A DNA stretch of 63,897 nt, filler included, from Octopus bimaculoides (lineage: Eukaryota): NCBI RefSeq assembly GCF_001194135.2. It is 10 parts of 8 records of this genome, joined end to end, with 100 filler letters (N's around TTAATTAATTAA, not from the genome) between each part and the next. Parts side by side here need not be neighbours in the genome. Positions count along the whole stretch, not along the records: positions 49,143 to 53,686 come from NW_026432095.1; positions 53,787 to 57,395 come from NC_068981.1; positions 57,496 to 60,120 come from NC_068991.1; positions 60,221 to 61,822 come from NC_069005.1; positions 61,923 to 63,897 come from NW_026343238.1; 5 more parts are not named here. One strand, 5' to 3'. The notes below the pieces were generated by a model. It ran no database searches. It was not told where the DNA came from and worked only from the letters and a program-made list of their open reading frames with translations. Made by a program: the position numbers and the translations under genes. Shown in pieces: positions 53,194 through 63,897 of the stretch (its first letter is position 1; the number at the start of each line of letters is the position of its first letter).

Positions 53194-53346
53194 TAGTAAT
53201 GCCCTTATATAAATTAAATTATATATATTTATGGAAAAAAAAATGATGGTTTTTTTTCCTTATAAGGTTTTTCGCGCTAACTACTTGATAAATTCTTATG
53301 AAGTCTTTATCCTAATATTATACTATAAACTATATATATGTATATA

Positions 53347-53492
53347 TACGAGGTCTGATCAATAGGTATCCTGACTGGTGCCCATTAAAACAAAACTACA
53401 ACGTGTACCAATTTGAGATTTAATCTCCTTCAAAGTAGACCTCAATCCAGCGCTGTTTCCATTGATGGAAGCGTTCCTGGAACTCGTTTCTG
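53347..53492 (-). mobile_element. Mariner 3' end fragment
   Basis: TIR TA+CGAGGTCTGATCAATAGGTATCC; minus strand reads PRNEFQERFHQWKQRW..YFEGD*. Confidence 0.8.
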
Positions 53493-53786
53493 GGATTTAT
53501 AGTAGCTTCGAAAGAAGTTTCTATAAAGGCCCTAAGCACTTAAAATTACTATTTCATTCTGGTGGATCCCCATAGCCATTCGATGTTTAAAAACTAGTTT
53601 TATAGAAACGTCTTTCATAATTCCTATTTTGTTTTCCACACATTAACTTGTGTCGGTTGAACTATGGAAAATGTTAGAGAAAGAAANNNNNNNNNNNNNN
53701 NNNNNNNNNNNNNNNNNNNNNNNNNNNNNNTTAATTAATTAANNNNNNNNNNNNNNNNNNNNNNNNNNNNNNNNNNNNNNNNNNNN

Positions 53787-53837
<51 letters not shown>

Positions 53838-54011
53838 TTGTGTGTGTACATATTAGTTTATATGTGTATAGTCATTGCTGCTGTGGAAGAGATCAACCAG
53901 TGAAAGCAAAATGTAGCACTGATTCTCCATTAATTAAACAATTAATGTAGTTGGCCTGTGAAAAGAGCCAATTAAGGGTGGTTGTGGTTGTGCCAAATCA
54001 AACCAGCCAAA

Positions 54012-54068
<57 letters not shown>

Positions 54069-55372
54069 ATCGTCGGCCAGATTACACTGTGAAAATAGAT
54101 ATTTTTTCCCGTTTTCTGGTTACAAACCAATAATTTTGAAAGTGCCTTGAGTGATCTACACTTGGCATGCAAACGCGTCAAAATATATGTACGGTTTATT
54201 TCCTTTTTTCCTAAAGGTCTTAAAGTGTTCCATTTTACCGCCCACGCGTGTAAATATGCAACAGAAATAGTCACATTTTTAACATTGCATTTGTTACAAA
54301 GGCCAAATTGTACAATGATCTGCACTAGACTATACTCATTGCTCACATCTAAGAAACTTATTCTTATTCACATACATCCAAGAAGATTTAATCGCTCGGC
54401 TACGAGAGAATTAGAACACATATATATTGTCTTCTTCATATCCTCTTCATCCATACTTTGTTACAAATTCCAAATAATACAATGAACTGCTCTAGATTGC
54501 TACTCACTTCTCACATCTATGGAATTCATTTTAACTGACATACTATAACACCCAAGAACTAAAGTTGAAAACAGAATCATTAAAATGATTTGTCAAAGAT
54601 TTGATCCCTAAGCTACAAGACAACTAGGACTCATATGTATTTTCTTCTTCTGTGTCTCTTCTATCCATGTTCTGATGACTTGTGCTCTTCCAAACAAATT
54701 ACATACTTCTCCATCGAACTCCACTCTCCTCAGTAGTTTCTTCTATCATTATTCTCACTGTGTCTCACCTGCCAGATTTTCCAATAAACTTTTTGCCCAA
54801 GCCACCACGTTGATTTTTCTTTAGGACCAGTTTAATCTTAGCTGGAGATACCTGTGATCGAAGACCTTCATCATGTAACTATGTCACCCTTTCTCGTATC
54901 GAGATTTACATTATATAAATTATAGCTGATAAGATGTAATGTGAGAGAATTTAACAATTATTTCTACTTGGTCGAACGACCGCTACAGGAACCGACGTTC
55001 AGAACGTCAAAGTGGACAGTCCATTCAATATGTTCAGACAGGAAGAATCTGTAAATTTCGTAACGATTCCTCTTCTTTGCTGAACATGTCATTAACAAAA
55101 CCGAATATGCATATATGAGCGAATCAGTAGAACTCTGAACTAAATGCATAACGCTCTTTAGTTGAATCACTGTTCAGTATGGGCTCAAAATTATGGCGAA
55201 TCCACTTTACCCTTCGTAACTCCGGAAATCAATGAAATGAATAACACTTCGGAATTAGAATATGGGAGTGAATGTATTACTACTATATTTGTATAGTAAA
55301 GAAGTTTGGGGTTTAGGGGCTTTGATTTCTAGTATGCTCTTAGCGTTGTCATGACTTCGGTCATCTTTTGAC

Positions 55373-55534
55373 GAAGAAGAAGAAGAAGAAGAAGAAGAAG
55401 AAGAAGAAGAAGAAGAAGAAGAAGAACGAGGAGGAGGAGGAGGAGAAGAAGGAGAAGAAGAAGAAGAAGAAGAAGAAGAAGAAGAAGAAGAAGAAGAAGA
55501 AGAAGAAGAAGAAGAAGAAGAAGAAGAAGAAGAA
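55373..55534 (+). repeat. (GAA)n microsatellite with (GAG) interruption
   Basis: Direct read. Confidence 0.95.
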
Positions 55535-55699
55535 TTAATTATTCATTACTGCACATACTGCATTTATGAAATCGAGATACGAGCATTTAAACTTCTGCGT
55601 TCAAACCCACCACCAGAGTTGACTGTATATATATATATATATAAATAAAGGAAGAGAGATAAAGAGAGTGAGAGAGAAGAGTCAACTGTAATACTGATA

Positions 55700-55870
55700 C
55701 AATATTTACGGACCATAAAAGGGGGAAAGACAAAGTTCACCTCGGCGGAATGTGAGCTCAGGAAGCAAAGCACCGAAACAAAATCGTAAGGCAGTCTGTC
55801 CAACGCTGTAACGTACTGTTTCGCCTCTGGCATGCCATGAAAATCTAGTCTTTCATTAGCGGTTGGTAGT
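55700..55870 (-). mobile_element. SINE family S2, decayed
   Basis: CAAAGTTCACCTCGGCGGAATGTGAGCTCAG aligns to the S2 B-box region. Confidence 0.6.
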
Positions 55871-55917
55871 GGATTAGATAGTACTTGACGAGACGAAAGC
55901 ATTCTTGAATTATTTTT

Positions 55918-56938
55918 GTGCGTGGTTCTTTAATCGGAATTTTATTATACACGCATAATAGAACAGGAGGCAAAAAATTCGGTACCATTGAGGTACATTT
56001 AAAAAGCATTGAAACTGCACAAGTGCACTCTGTAAAATCCTTGGAAACCGAGGATGTAATTTTAATACCGATTTACATGGGGATGAGGACATCCAATGTA
56101 AAAATAACAAAGGTCCCACCTCAAATTGACCCAATGTGGTTGATGGCGGCGGTCCTGGCAAAGAAGGTAGATGAGGTAAATATACTTCAAACTATCGTCA
56201 CCGAAAAACCATATTGGATAGGCCACACGGTCCACTTATTAATTCAAGGAGAACAGACTGTAATTGAACAACTTCCAGAAAAAATAGAAGTTGGGGAGGA
56301 GTTGTTCCTCAACGTTTTTGTCGAGGGTCGAAAGCCCCGATGTTTTTTGTGCGGCAAATTAGGCCACATTCGAAGGAACTGCATGGAAAATGAGGAAGAC
56401 GAGGAAGAGGAGAAAGAAGAAAAAGAGGAAGAAGAAGAAAAAGAAGAAAAAGACGAGAAGAAAACAACAAACAAAAGAAAAATACAATCAGCAGCTCAAC
56501 CGAGAGTGGCGACTACTACAGAACAACGACCAAAAAAGACTGCAAGAAGAGAAAAAGAGGAGAAAGGCATAATAGCCGTATACAGTAAAGATACTGAACT
56601 AATGAGAGACATTCAATTAATTAAGACTGCAAAAAAAATAGATAACCTTTCGGAGAAATACAACAACTATGACGTATATGAAGTCTCAAATAAGACTCAG
56701 AATTTTACAATACAAACACCGTAAGTCAGTATCATCAATGAGACTGGACTTTAATAAGTCTATATTTAATGGACTACCAGCCCCGATAACGCGAGAAAAA
56801 GAAAAGGTGGAGACCCCACCTCCACCTGATAATTCTGTAATGAAACGGGATTTTAACAAATCTATTTCCCAAGACCTGCCACCTCCGACCCTGTATCATG
56901 AAAAGGTGGAGAGTCCCTCTCCACCGGACAAGCCCTGA
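55918..56938 (+). pseudogene. L1/Tx1-like LINE ORF1 (Gag-like, zinc knuckle), probably 5'-truncated and frameshifted near 56700
   Basis: 268-codon ORF with CFLCGKLGHIRRNC (CX2CX4HX4C) followed by an acidic/basic tract; next frame carries a Pro-rich repeated peptide up to 56938. Confidence 0.8.
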
Positions 56939-56952
56939 TTAACAGGTAAGAC

Positions 56953-57394
56953 ATGTTTGTTCACATTGCTTGTTTAAATGTTCGTGACCTGTTGTCTAGC
57001 TGGAAGCAAGGACGCTTCCTAAATGACATCAGGTCAAGAAAATTGGATGTGATTGTTGCAACGGAAACCCGAGTAAAGGGACCAAGAGATCTGTCCCCCC
57101 TCCGGAACGGCTACGAGAAATACGTTTCTCCGAGTCGGGCGGGAGGCGGGTGTTGGGTGTTGGTCCTACTAAAAAGAAACCGGGTAACCGAGAAAAAGTT
57201 GGTTTTTTTCTGATCCAGAAGGCAGGCTGGTCGTTCTTGACCTGACATTCGGTTGTGGCAAGATAATCAGGCTAGTTGCTATTTATGCACCCAATATTAT
57301 GGGCCCGCAAAGTGAATATTTTCGTGACCTGGGCAAGTTCCTGGCCACGTCGCATTCGCTAGTATTGTTAGGAGACTTTAACACAATATGTTAG
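56953..57394 (+). pseudogene. L1/Tx1-like LINE ORF2 N-terminal AP endonuclease, frameshifted, cut by gap
   Basis: IACLNVR, DVIVATET, then after one extra T at 57203-57209: DPEGRLVVLDL...RLVAIYAPN...VLLGDFN. Confidence 0.88.
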
Positions 57395-57875
57395 GNNNNN
57401 NNNNNNNNNNNNNNNNNNNNNNNNNNNNNNNNNNNNNNNTTAATTAATTAANNNNNNNNNNNNNNNNNNNNNNNNNNNNNNNNNNNNNNNNNNNNATATA
57501 TATATATATATATATAAATATATGCACATGTATATTTATATATATATATAGATATACACACACACATATGCGCACACGCATACATACGTACGCACACACA
57601 CACACATATAAATATATACATACACACCAATACAGATCAATTACACAACTGTATAAGTATACAAGTGTGTGCGCGTGTGTGTGTGTCTGAATGCCCGTGT
57701 ATGTGTGTGTATAATTTTGTTTACTTCCTCTGTTTTCAACGTAATCGGGATCGCCGTGGCATTAAGCGACGCGAACTTCATCAATTTTGTGACATCCGCC
57801 TCACGTGCGTTGTTACTACTCCCCAGATGTCACAGTTGAAACTAGCGCGCCCAACACGTCATTAGACACACACAC

Positions 57876-57906
<31 letters not shown>

Positions 57907-58128
57907 ACCACGCACACACACGCACATACGCACACAAACATACACACACACACATTAACACACACGCACACACACAACACACACATATACACATACACAC
58001 GTATGCACGCACACACACACACGCACACACACACGCACACACACACACACACACACACTTACAGAGAGAGAGTATGAGCGAGAGAGAAAGAGAGAGAAGG
58101 AGAGAGACAGAGATATAGATATAGATAT

Positions 58129-58224
<96 letters not shown>

Positions 58225-58543
58225 GCACACATATTTACTCACATAGTTGTGTGTATATATTCTTGTGCTTGGCGAGAGTCTTTCTCTTGTAATGCCTTAT
58301 TAATTAACACACTTATCGTGTATATATGTATACATACAAGTGTGCGTGTGTAAGTATATATATTTATGTAAACGTGTGTATAAATACATATACATACATA
58401 TGTGTGTACATGTATGCGTGTAGGCATACTCCCTATTACACCTTTGAAATATTTTCGCTATAGTTCGTTTTCTCTATATTGTGCATTATTAATTTATTGA
58501 TATGTACATAGTTTATGTGTGTGTATTTCTGTGAGTGTGTGTA

Positions 58544-58576
<33 letters not shown>

Positions 58577-59811
58577 CGCATGTCATATCGCAAATCCTTA
58601 CAGGACGCTTTCGCGCAAGCTCTCCTTGTGTGGGCGACTAAACTCATTATTCTAGTCTGGGCGGAGGAAGGCAGTAATCATAATAACAAAATATTCTCTT
58701 CAATGTATTTCCGATCTTAATGTATTCCACTTTACATCTCACCCGTATCCCTAATTAGGTTATTACGCTATATTTGCCTATCAGCTGACCTGATATCACC
58801 ATTAGTCGAAGTGCCAGTACCTATAAAGTCACTCCATAACGAATTCGCTGCTAAAAATAGCTTCCAAATCTTTCCCAAATCGCACCATACAGTCCTTAAA
58901 ACAGGGAAGGAGACGTTGGTTAATGGTATTAAAGATGTGAAAAACAAACCAGGCTGGATGGTTAGGACCGGAATGGATTTTGGGAAGAGAATTTGTACGC
59001 AATCTGTGGCATGACAGTTCTACTGAGCAGAATGAGTATACATAACTGAATCAACAGCTGCAGACAGTTACACACACACACTCACACATACACATACACG
59101 CACGCACAAACACACATATACATTTATAGATATGTGTGTGTGTATATGTATATATGTATGTGTGTATGTCTGTATGTGCGTGTATGTATGCATGTATGTA
59201 TATATATATATATATATATATANNNNNNNNNNNNNNNNNNNNNNNNNNNNNNNNNNNNNNNNNNNNNNNNNNNNNNNNNNNNNNNNNNNNNNNNNNNNNN
59301 NNNNNNNNNNNNNNNNNNNNNNTATATCTACATAAATATATATACGTGTGCGTGTTTTTGTGTGTGTATGTGTAATGTTCCTTTGCAATTTTAACTGCTG
59401 TTGCCCTTGTTTCTTTTTTTGTTTGTTTTTGTTTCTATCACTGTCTTGTTTGTTGTTTCTTTCACATTTTAATTTATGTTTTTTTTTTGTATGTTTTGCA
59501 GCCGAACTAGTTTCTGCTATTTCAGGGTGTGTCTATACACGTTGTCCAACTTTATGCATTAATAATAAATTGGCATGAACAGAAAAAAAAATCATATTAC
59601 ATCTATAACAACAACGACAATGACGTCGACTTCAACAAAAACGGCATTATATCCACCACCACCACCACCACCACCACCACCATCACCACCACCACCACTG
59701 CAACAACGTCAATAATATAGCCTTTTACGGTTTTCTACCGCAAATTTCATGTTTTCAAAATTATTAAATTTTAATTTATCTTTCAGTTAGTTACGAATAC
59801 GCAGTACACCC

Positions 59812-59845
<34 letters not shown>

Positions 59846-60005
59846 ATGTATATGTATATATATATGTGTGTGTGGGGGGAGAGAGAGAGAGAGACCTATT
59901 AGTCAGATACACAGACAGACACAGGCATATAGGTTTATAACATATATACATACATATATATATATATATATATGTACATGTGTATGTGTGTATATATATA
60001 TATGG

Positions 60006-60044
<39 letters not shown>

Positions 60045-60220
60045 TGTACATGTGTATGTGTGTATGATATAATATAAGAGTGTAAGGTTCAAATAATCAT
60101 ACCATTGATGTCCAGAGCTGNNNNNNNNNNNNNNNNNNNNNNNNNNNNNNNNNNNNNNNNNNNNTTAATTAATTAANNNNNNNNNNNNNNNNNNNNNNNN
60201 NNNNNNNNNNNNNNNNNNNN

Positions 60221-60300
60221 GCCTAGGGACGAGTAAATTTCGGCCCTGCCTAGGGACGAGTAAATTTCGGCCTGGCCTAGGGACAAGTAAATTTTGGCCC
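60221..60300 (+). repeat. 27-bp minisatellite, 3 visible units at gap edge
   Basis: Unit GCCTAGGGACGAGTAAATTTCGGCCCT. Confidence 0.9.
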
Positions 60301-60471
60301 AAGTCATCTCATGGCACCAATTAACGACATAAGGTGAGGTTTGCATGTATGTGGAATGCCCTTTCTTCCATTCATCAACTCACTTGTGAGTGCATCTGTG
60401 TATATATGTATGTATAAATATTTTACTTTTCTTTATTATTATTATTATTATTATTATTATCATTGTTTCAG

Positions 60472-60649
60472 GAGCAAAACTCTTACAATGAACGCAGGAT
60501 GAGTGACCCGAGTTCTGCAGTGGGGGGTACATTTATGCGTGGAAGTTTCCGGAAATTAAACATAAGGAAATCTCGCTCGGAAACAGAAAACGTCGACAAC
60601 ATAGGTACAGACAATTGCCACGAAGTGGAAGCAGCTGCTATACAAGATG
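60472..60649 (+). CDS. Candidate coding exon of an unidentified host gene
   Basis: T-rich tract and ttgtttcag acceptor, 178-nt open frame EQNSYNERRMSDPSSAVGGTFMRGSFRKLNIRKSRSETENVDNIGTDNCHEVEAAAIQD, G|GTAAAT donor; non-repetitive. Confidence 0.5.
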
Positions 60650-61164
60650 GTAAATATTTATGTATAAACCTAATATGAATGTATATAAATGTATGTGATA
60701 TATATACACACATACACAAACAAACTCTTCCCTCTCACACATACATACACATATATGTAAGTATCAGACAGTGAGAATGAGTACTTCAACACCTCATTGG
60801 TGGATATTATTTATTTGTGTATTAAGGCTACCATTGGTTTCATGTTAAAGAAGTGTCTTAACAATTTTTCATGAACACCAACTTCTCTGTGATTGACTTG
60901 AAAAATTAAGATATTTTCTTAACATGAAACTAATGGTAGCCTTAATACACAGATTTGTAGACACACACTCATATAAATATATAAATTATTGCAGTGTGTA
61001 CACACATTGCAATACACACAGTGGCCATTCAAAAACGCACAAAGACTGTTAACTTCACTTAAACACTTTTTTATTTGGTGTCAAAATTTTCGTCGCATGG
61101 ACTGCAACCTTGTCACTGACAAGATTATAATGAGGTAAGTCTTTGTGTGTTCTTGAATAACTAA

Positions 61165-61420
61165 TACATGGTCTGATCAATAAATACCCAGACTGTTGCC
61201 ATAGTAACAAAGCTCAAGCATGCAAACTGAAGCCACTTGGCAAAGATTGACCTTGAACTCTGCTGTGCATGTCCACTAAGTTTTAACATTCTGGTTCACT
61301 TCTGCTGTAAACAGCAGTGCTTGGAAGGAAGGTGTGTAGCATGTGATTGTCATATTGACCATGACAGAGAAAGTTGTCATGGTGATACTTGCTCAGAGGC
61401 ATACGCAAAGTTAAGATAAC
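61165..61420 (+). mobile_element. Mariner 5' end fragment
   Basis: TIR TACATGGTCTGATCAATAAATACCCAGACTG resembles the TIR at 53347; then ATGACAGAGAAAGTTG start with an internal deletion. Confidence 0.7.
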
Positions 61421-61599
61421 ATTACCTGTACAGGTGCACAAGTGTGCCACACATCAGGTGTCAAGATGATTGAAGAGAAACATAAGATAAAGTGTTTTGC
61501 TCAAGCACGCAACACACCTCCTGGTCCAGAAACCAAACCCACAAAGCCACCTCCTTCAATATTCCTCCTCCTCTCAGTTGAGGGAGTCATTGTCTTGCA

Positions 61600-61802
61600 A
61601 GTTCCTTGGTGGCCCCCACTGGTGTTGGCAGCCTGTACACATTATAAAGTGGTTGGCATTAGGAAAGGCATCCAGCTTTAGAAACCATGCCAAAGCAAAC
61701 AATAAAACTTGGCACCGTTTTCTGGTTTTAACGGTTCCTTTCCTACCATCCAATCCATGCCAGCATGGAAAGAAAATGGTCATTGAATGGTAATGATGAT
61801 AA
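61600..61802 (+). mobile_element. SINE/RTE-type tail ending in (TGA)n
   Basis: GTTGGCATTAGGAAAGGCATCCAGC...CCATGCCAGCATGGAAAG..TGATGAT; similar end at 31943-31982. Confidence 0.5.
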
Positions 61803-62291
61803 CTGTGTGTGTGTGTGTGTGTNNNNNNNNNNNNNNNNNNNNNNNNNNNNNNNNNNNNNNNNNNNNTTAATTAATTAANNNNNNNNNNNNNNNNNNNNNN
61901 NNNNNNNNNNNNNNNNNNNNNNATCAGACTCTCGTAGTTTGTTTCGAATAACAAAGTTCTGAAATCTGTAGTAATCAACGTTTTTAGAGGATCTCAGCCC
62001 CATTTTCAGGATATTGAAATGCATAGGTTTTTTTCAAACTAACTTTTATTTCTGTTGATTCCGCCTTGCGGAGTCTTTAAAGCCAGAATTTGACTGTTCC
62101 TTGTTGAGTGGGGGTGGGGTAATTTCGATGCTTGAGTGGCGCATGGGGAATTTTATTGTTCGAGTTGCTAGAAATAAAAGCTAAATCCTTTTCAGTACAA
62201 AATTTGTTGTATTCGATAATTAATATTCGATAATTAATATTCGATAATTAATATTTCCTCTTCTATGTTTAAAGTGTTTCAGTCTTTGGAC

Positions 62292-62487
62292 AAAAACAGG
62301 AAGAAAGAGTGAGAGAATGTTGTGGTGAGAGAGTACAGAAGGGTTCGCCACCACCCATTGCCGGAGCCTCGTGGACCTTTAGGTGTTTTCGCTCAATAGA
62401 CACTCGGAACACCCGGTCTGGGAATCGAAACCGCGATCCCACGACCGCGAGTACGCTGCCCTAACCATTGGGCCATTGCGCCTCCAC
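62292..62487 (-). mobile_element. SINE family S3 head/body
   Basis: Matches 51120-51329. Confidence 0.88.
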
Positions 62488-62507
62488 ACACACACACACA
62501 CATATCG

Positions 62508-62648
62508 TGCAGTCCGTCGGTTACGACGACGAGGGTTCCAGTTGATCCGATCAACGGAACAGCTTGCTCGTGAAATTAACGTGCAAGTGGCTGAGCACTC
62601 CACAGACACGTGTACCCTTAATGTAGTTCTCGGGGAGATTCAGCGTGT
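62508..62648 (-). mobile_element. Isolated T4 SINE tail module
   Basis: CCGTCGGTTACGACGACGAGGGTTCCAGTTGATCCGATCAACGGAAC... as in S3 and S4 copies. Confidence 0.85.
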
Positions 62649-62696
62649 TTATATATATATGTATGTTTGTGTTTGTATTCGTTAGAATACATGTAT

Positions 62697-62734
<38 letters not shown>

Positions 62735-62937
62735 TTAAATATGCATGCACACACACGCACATACATCGTGGTATATAACAGTAATTGCAAGTGGCGATGA
62801 TGATGATGATGATGATAATGATGATGACGTATCAGGATAACAGTAATTAATGCTGGCTGGCGGTTCATATGTTATTTATGTTGGTAACTCTCCTCCCTCT
62901 ATCTGTATACATACACACACATATATATATATATACA

Positions 62938-62968
<31 letters not shown>

Positions 62969-63047
62969 ATATATACATATATACATATATACATATATAT
63001 ATGTATACATATATATATATATACACATATATATACATATACATACA

Positions 63048-63078
<31 letters not shown>

Positions 63079-63383
63079 NNNNNNNNNNNNNNNNNNNNNN
63101 NNNNNNNNNNNNNNNNNNNNNNNNNNNNNNNNNNNNNNNNNNNNNNNNNNNNNNNNNNNNNNNNNNNNNNNNNNNNNNNNNNNNNNNNNNNNNNNNNNNN
63201 NNNNNNNNNNNNNNNNNNNNNNNNNNNNNNNNNNNNNNNNNNNNNNNNNNNNNNNNNNNNNNNNNNNNNNNNNNNNNNNNNNNNNNNNNNNNNNNNNNNN
63301 NNNNNNNNNNNNNNNNNNNNNNNNNNNNNNNNNNNNNNNNNNNNNNNNNNNNNNNNNNNNNNNNNNNNNNNNNNNNNNNNNNN

Positions 63384-63433
<50 letters not shown>

Positions 63434-63728
63434 GTGTGTCTGTGTGATAATTAGCCAACTCTCTGTGTCAGTGTGAGAATAGGAAACCATTCTCCAGACA
63501 TGCGTATTCTTCTTACCAATTCCGCAGAGAATGGCATGTTTATTAGTAACAGTAATCCTAATTCATGTGCTTCTTCCGAAATTTTTCTGGCAGGGTTCAT
63601 GCATGTCTTTCTCCTACATACATAGACGCATACACACACGTATATACTTAAGCATACGTGCATACATACATACATACATACTTACACACACACACACAGG
63701 TATATGTGTGAATGTGTATATATATAAT

Positions 63729-63897
63729 CAAGTATATACATATATGTGTATGCATTCAAGTATTTACATATATATATATATTTATATAATCAGGTATATA
63801 CATATGTGTATGAATTCAAGTATTTACATATATATATATAATCAGGTATATACATATATGTGTATGCATTCTAGTATTTACATATATATATATATAT
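63729..63897 (+). repeat. 52-62 bp minisatellite with variable (TA)n
   Basis: Units begin CA(A/G)GTATATACATAT at 63729, 63791 and 63843. Confidence 0.85.

Noticed and set aside
60221-60300. CRISPR-like array
   Set aside because: Units are contiguous with no unique spacers, there are no cas genes, and the context is eukaryotic.
30607-61140. Further GTAAGT donor-like sites (30607, 42355, 61135)
   Set aside because: The hexamer is expected many times by chance in AT-rich DNA, and no matching acceptor with an open frame was found.
22245-61878. Nine identical TTAATTAATTAA motifs as a dispersed regulatory or structural element
   Set aside because: Each sits in the middle of an N block and gives stops in all six frames; it is a scaffolding spacer. 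Order and orientation across these joins are uncertain.

Overview
AT-rich, gap-ridden, repeat-dominated eukaryotic DNA. The repeat content resembles an Octopus (cephalopod) draft scaffold; this is inferred from recalled SINE families, not from a search. No complete host gene is visible; one plausible coding exon lies at 60472-60649 and two weaker exon candidates near 9.8 and 14 kb. The window holds many tRNA-headed SINEs built from interchangeable head, body and tail modules, LINE relics (CR1-group, RTE, one L1/Tx1-like element with ORF1 and the start of ORF2), Tc1 and mariner relics and MITEs, dense microsatellites, and nine artificial N44-TTAATTAATTAA-N44 contig spacers. Most interesting: (1) a tRNA-headed SINE-like element whose tail carries a minimal type I hammerhead ribozyme and which occurs twice in a Penelope-style inverted arrangement, plus two further degenerate hammerhead-like motifs; (2) a CR1-group LINE 3' end sharing a compensatorily conserved hairpin with the main CORE-SINE tail; (3) a GG-ended, 8-bp-TSD DNA transposon carrying internal (TTAGGG)n; (4) a 5'-inverted RTE insertion. 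All coordinates were read by eye and repeat boundaries are approximate.
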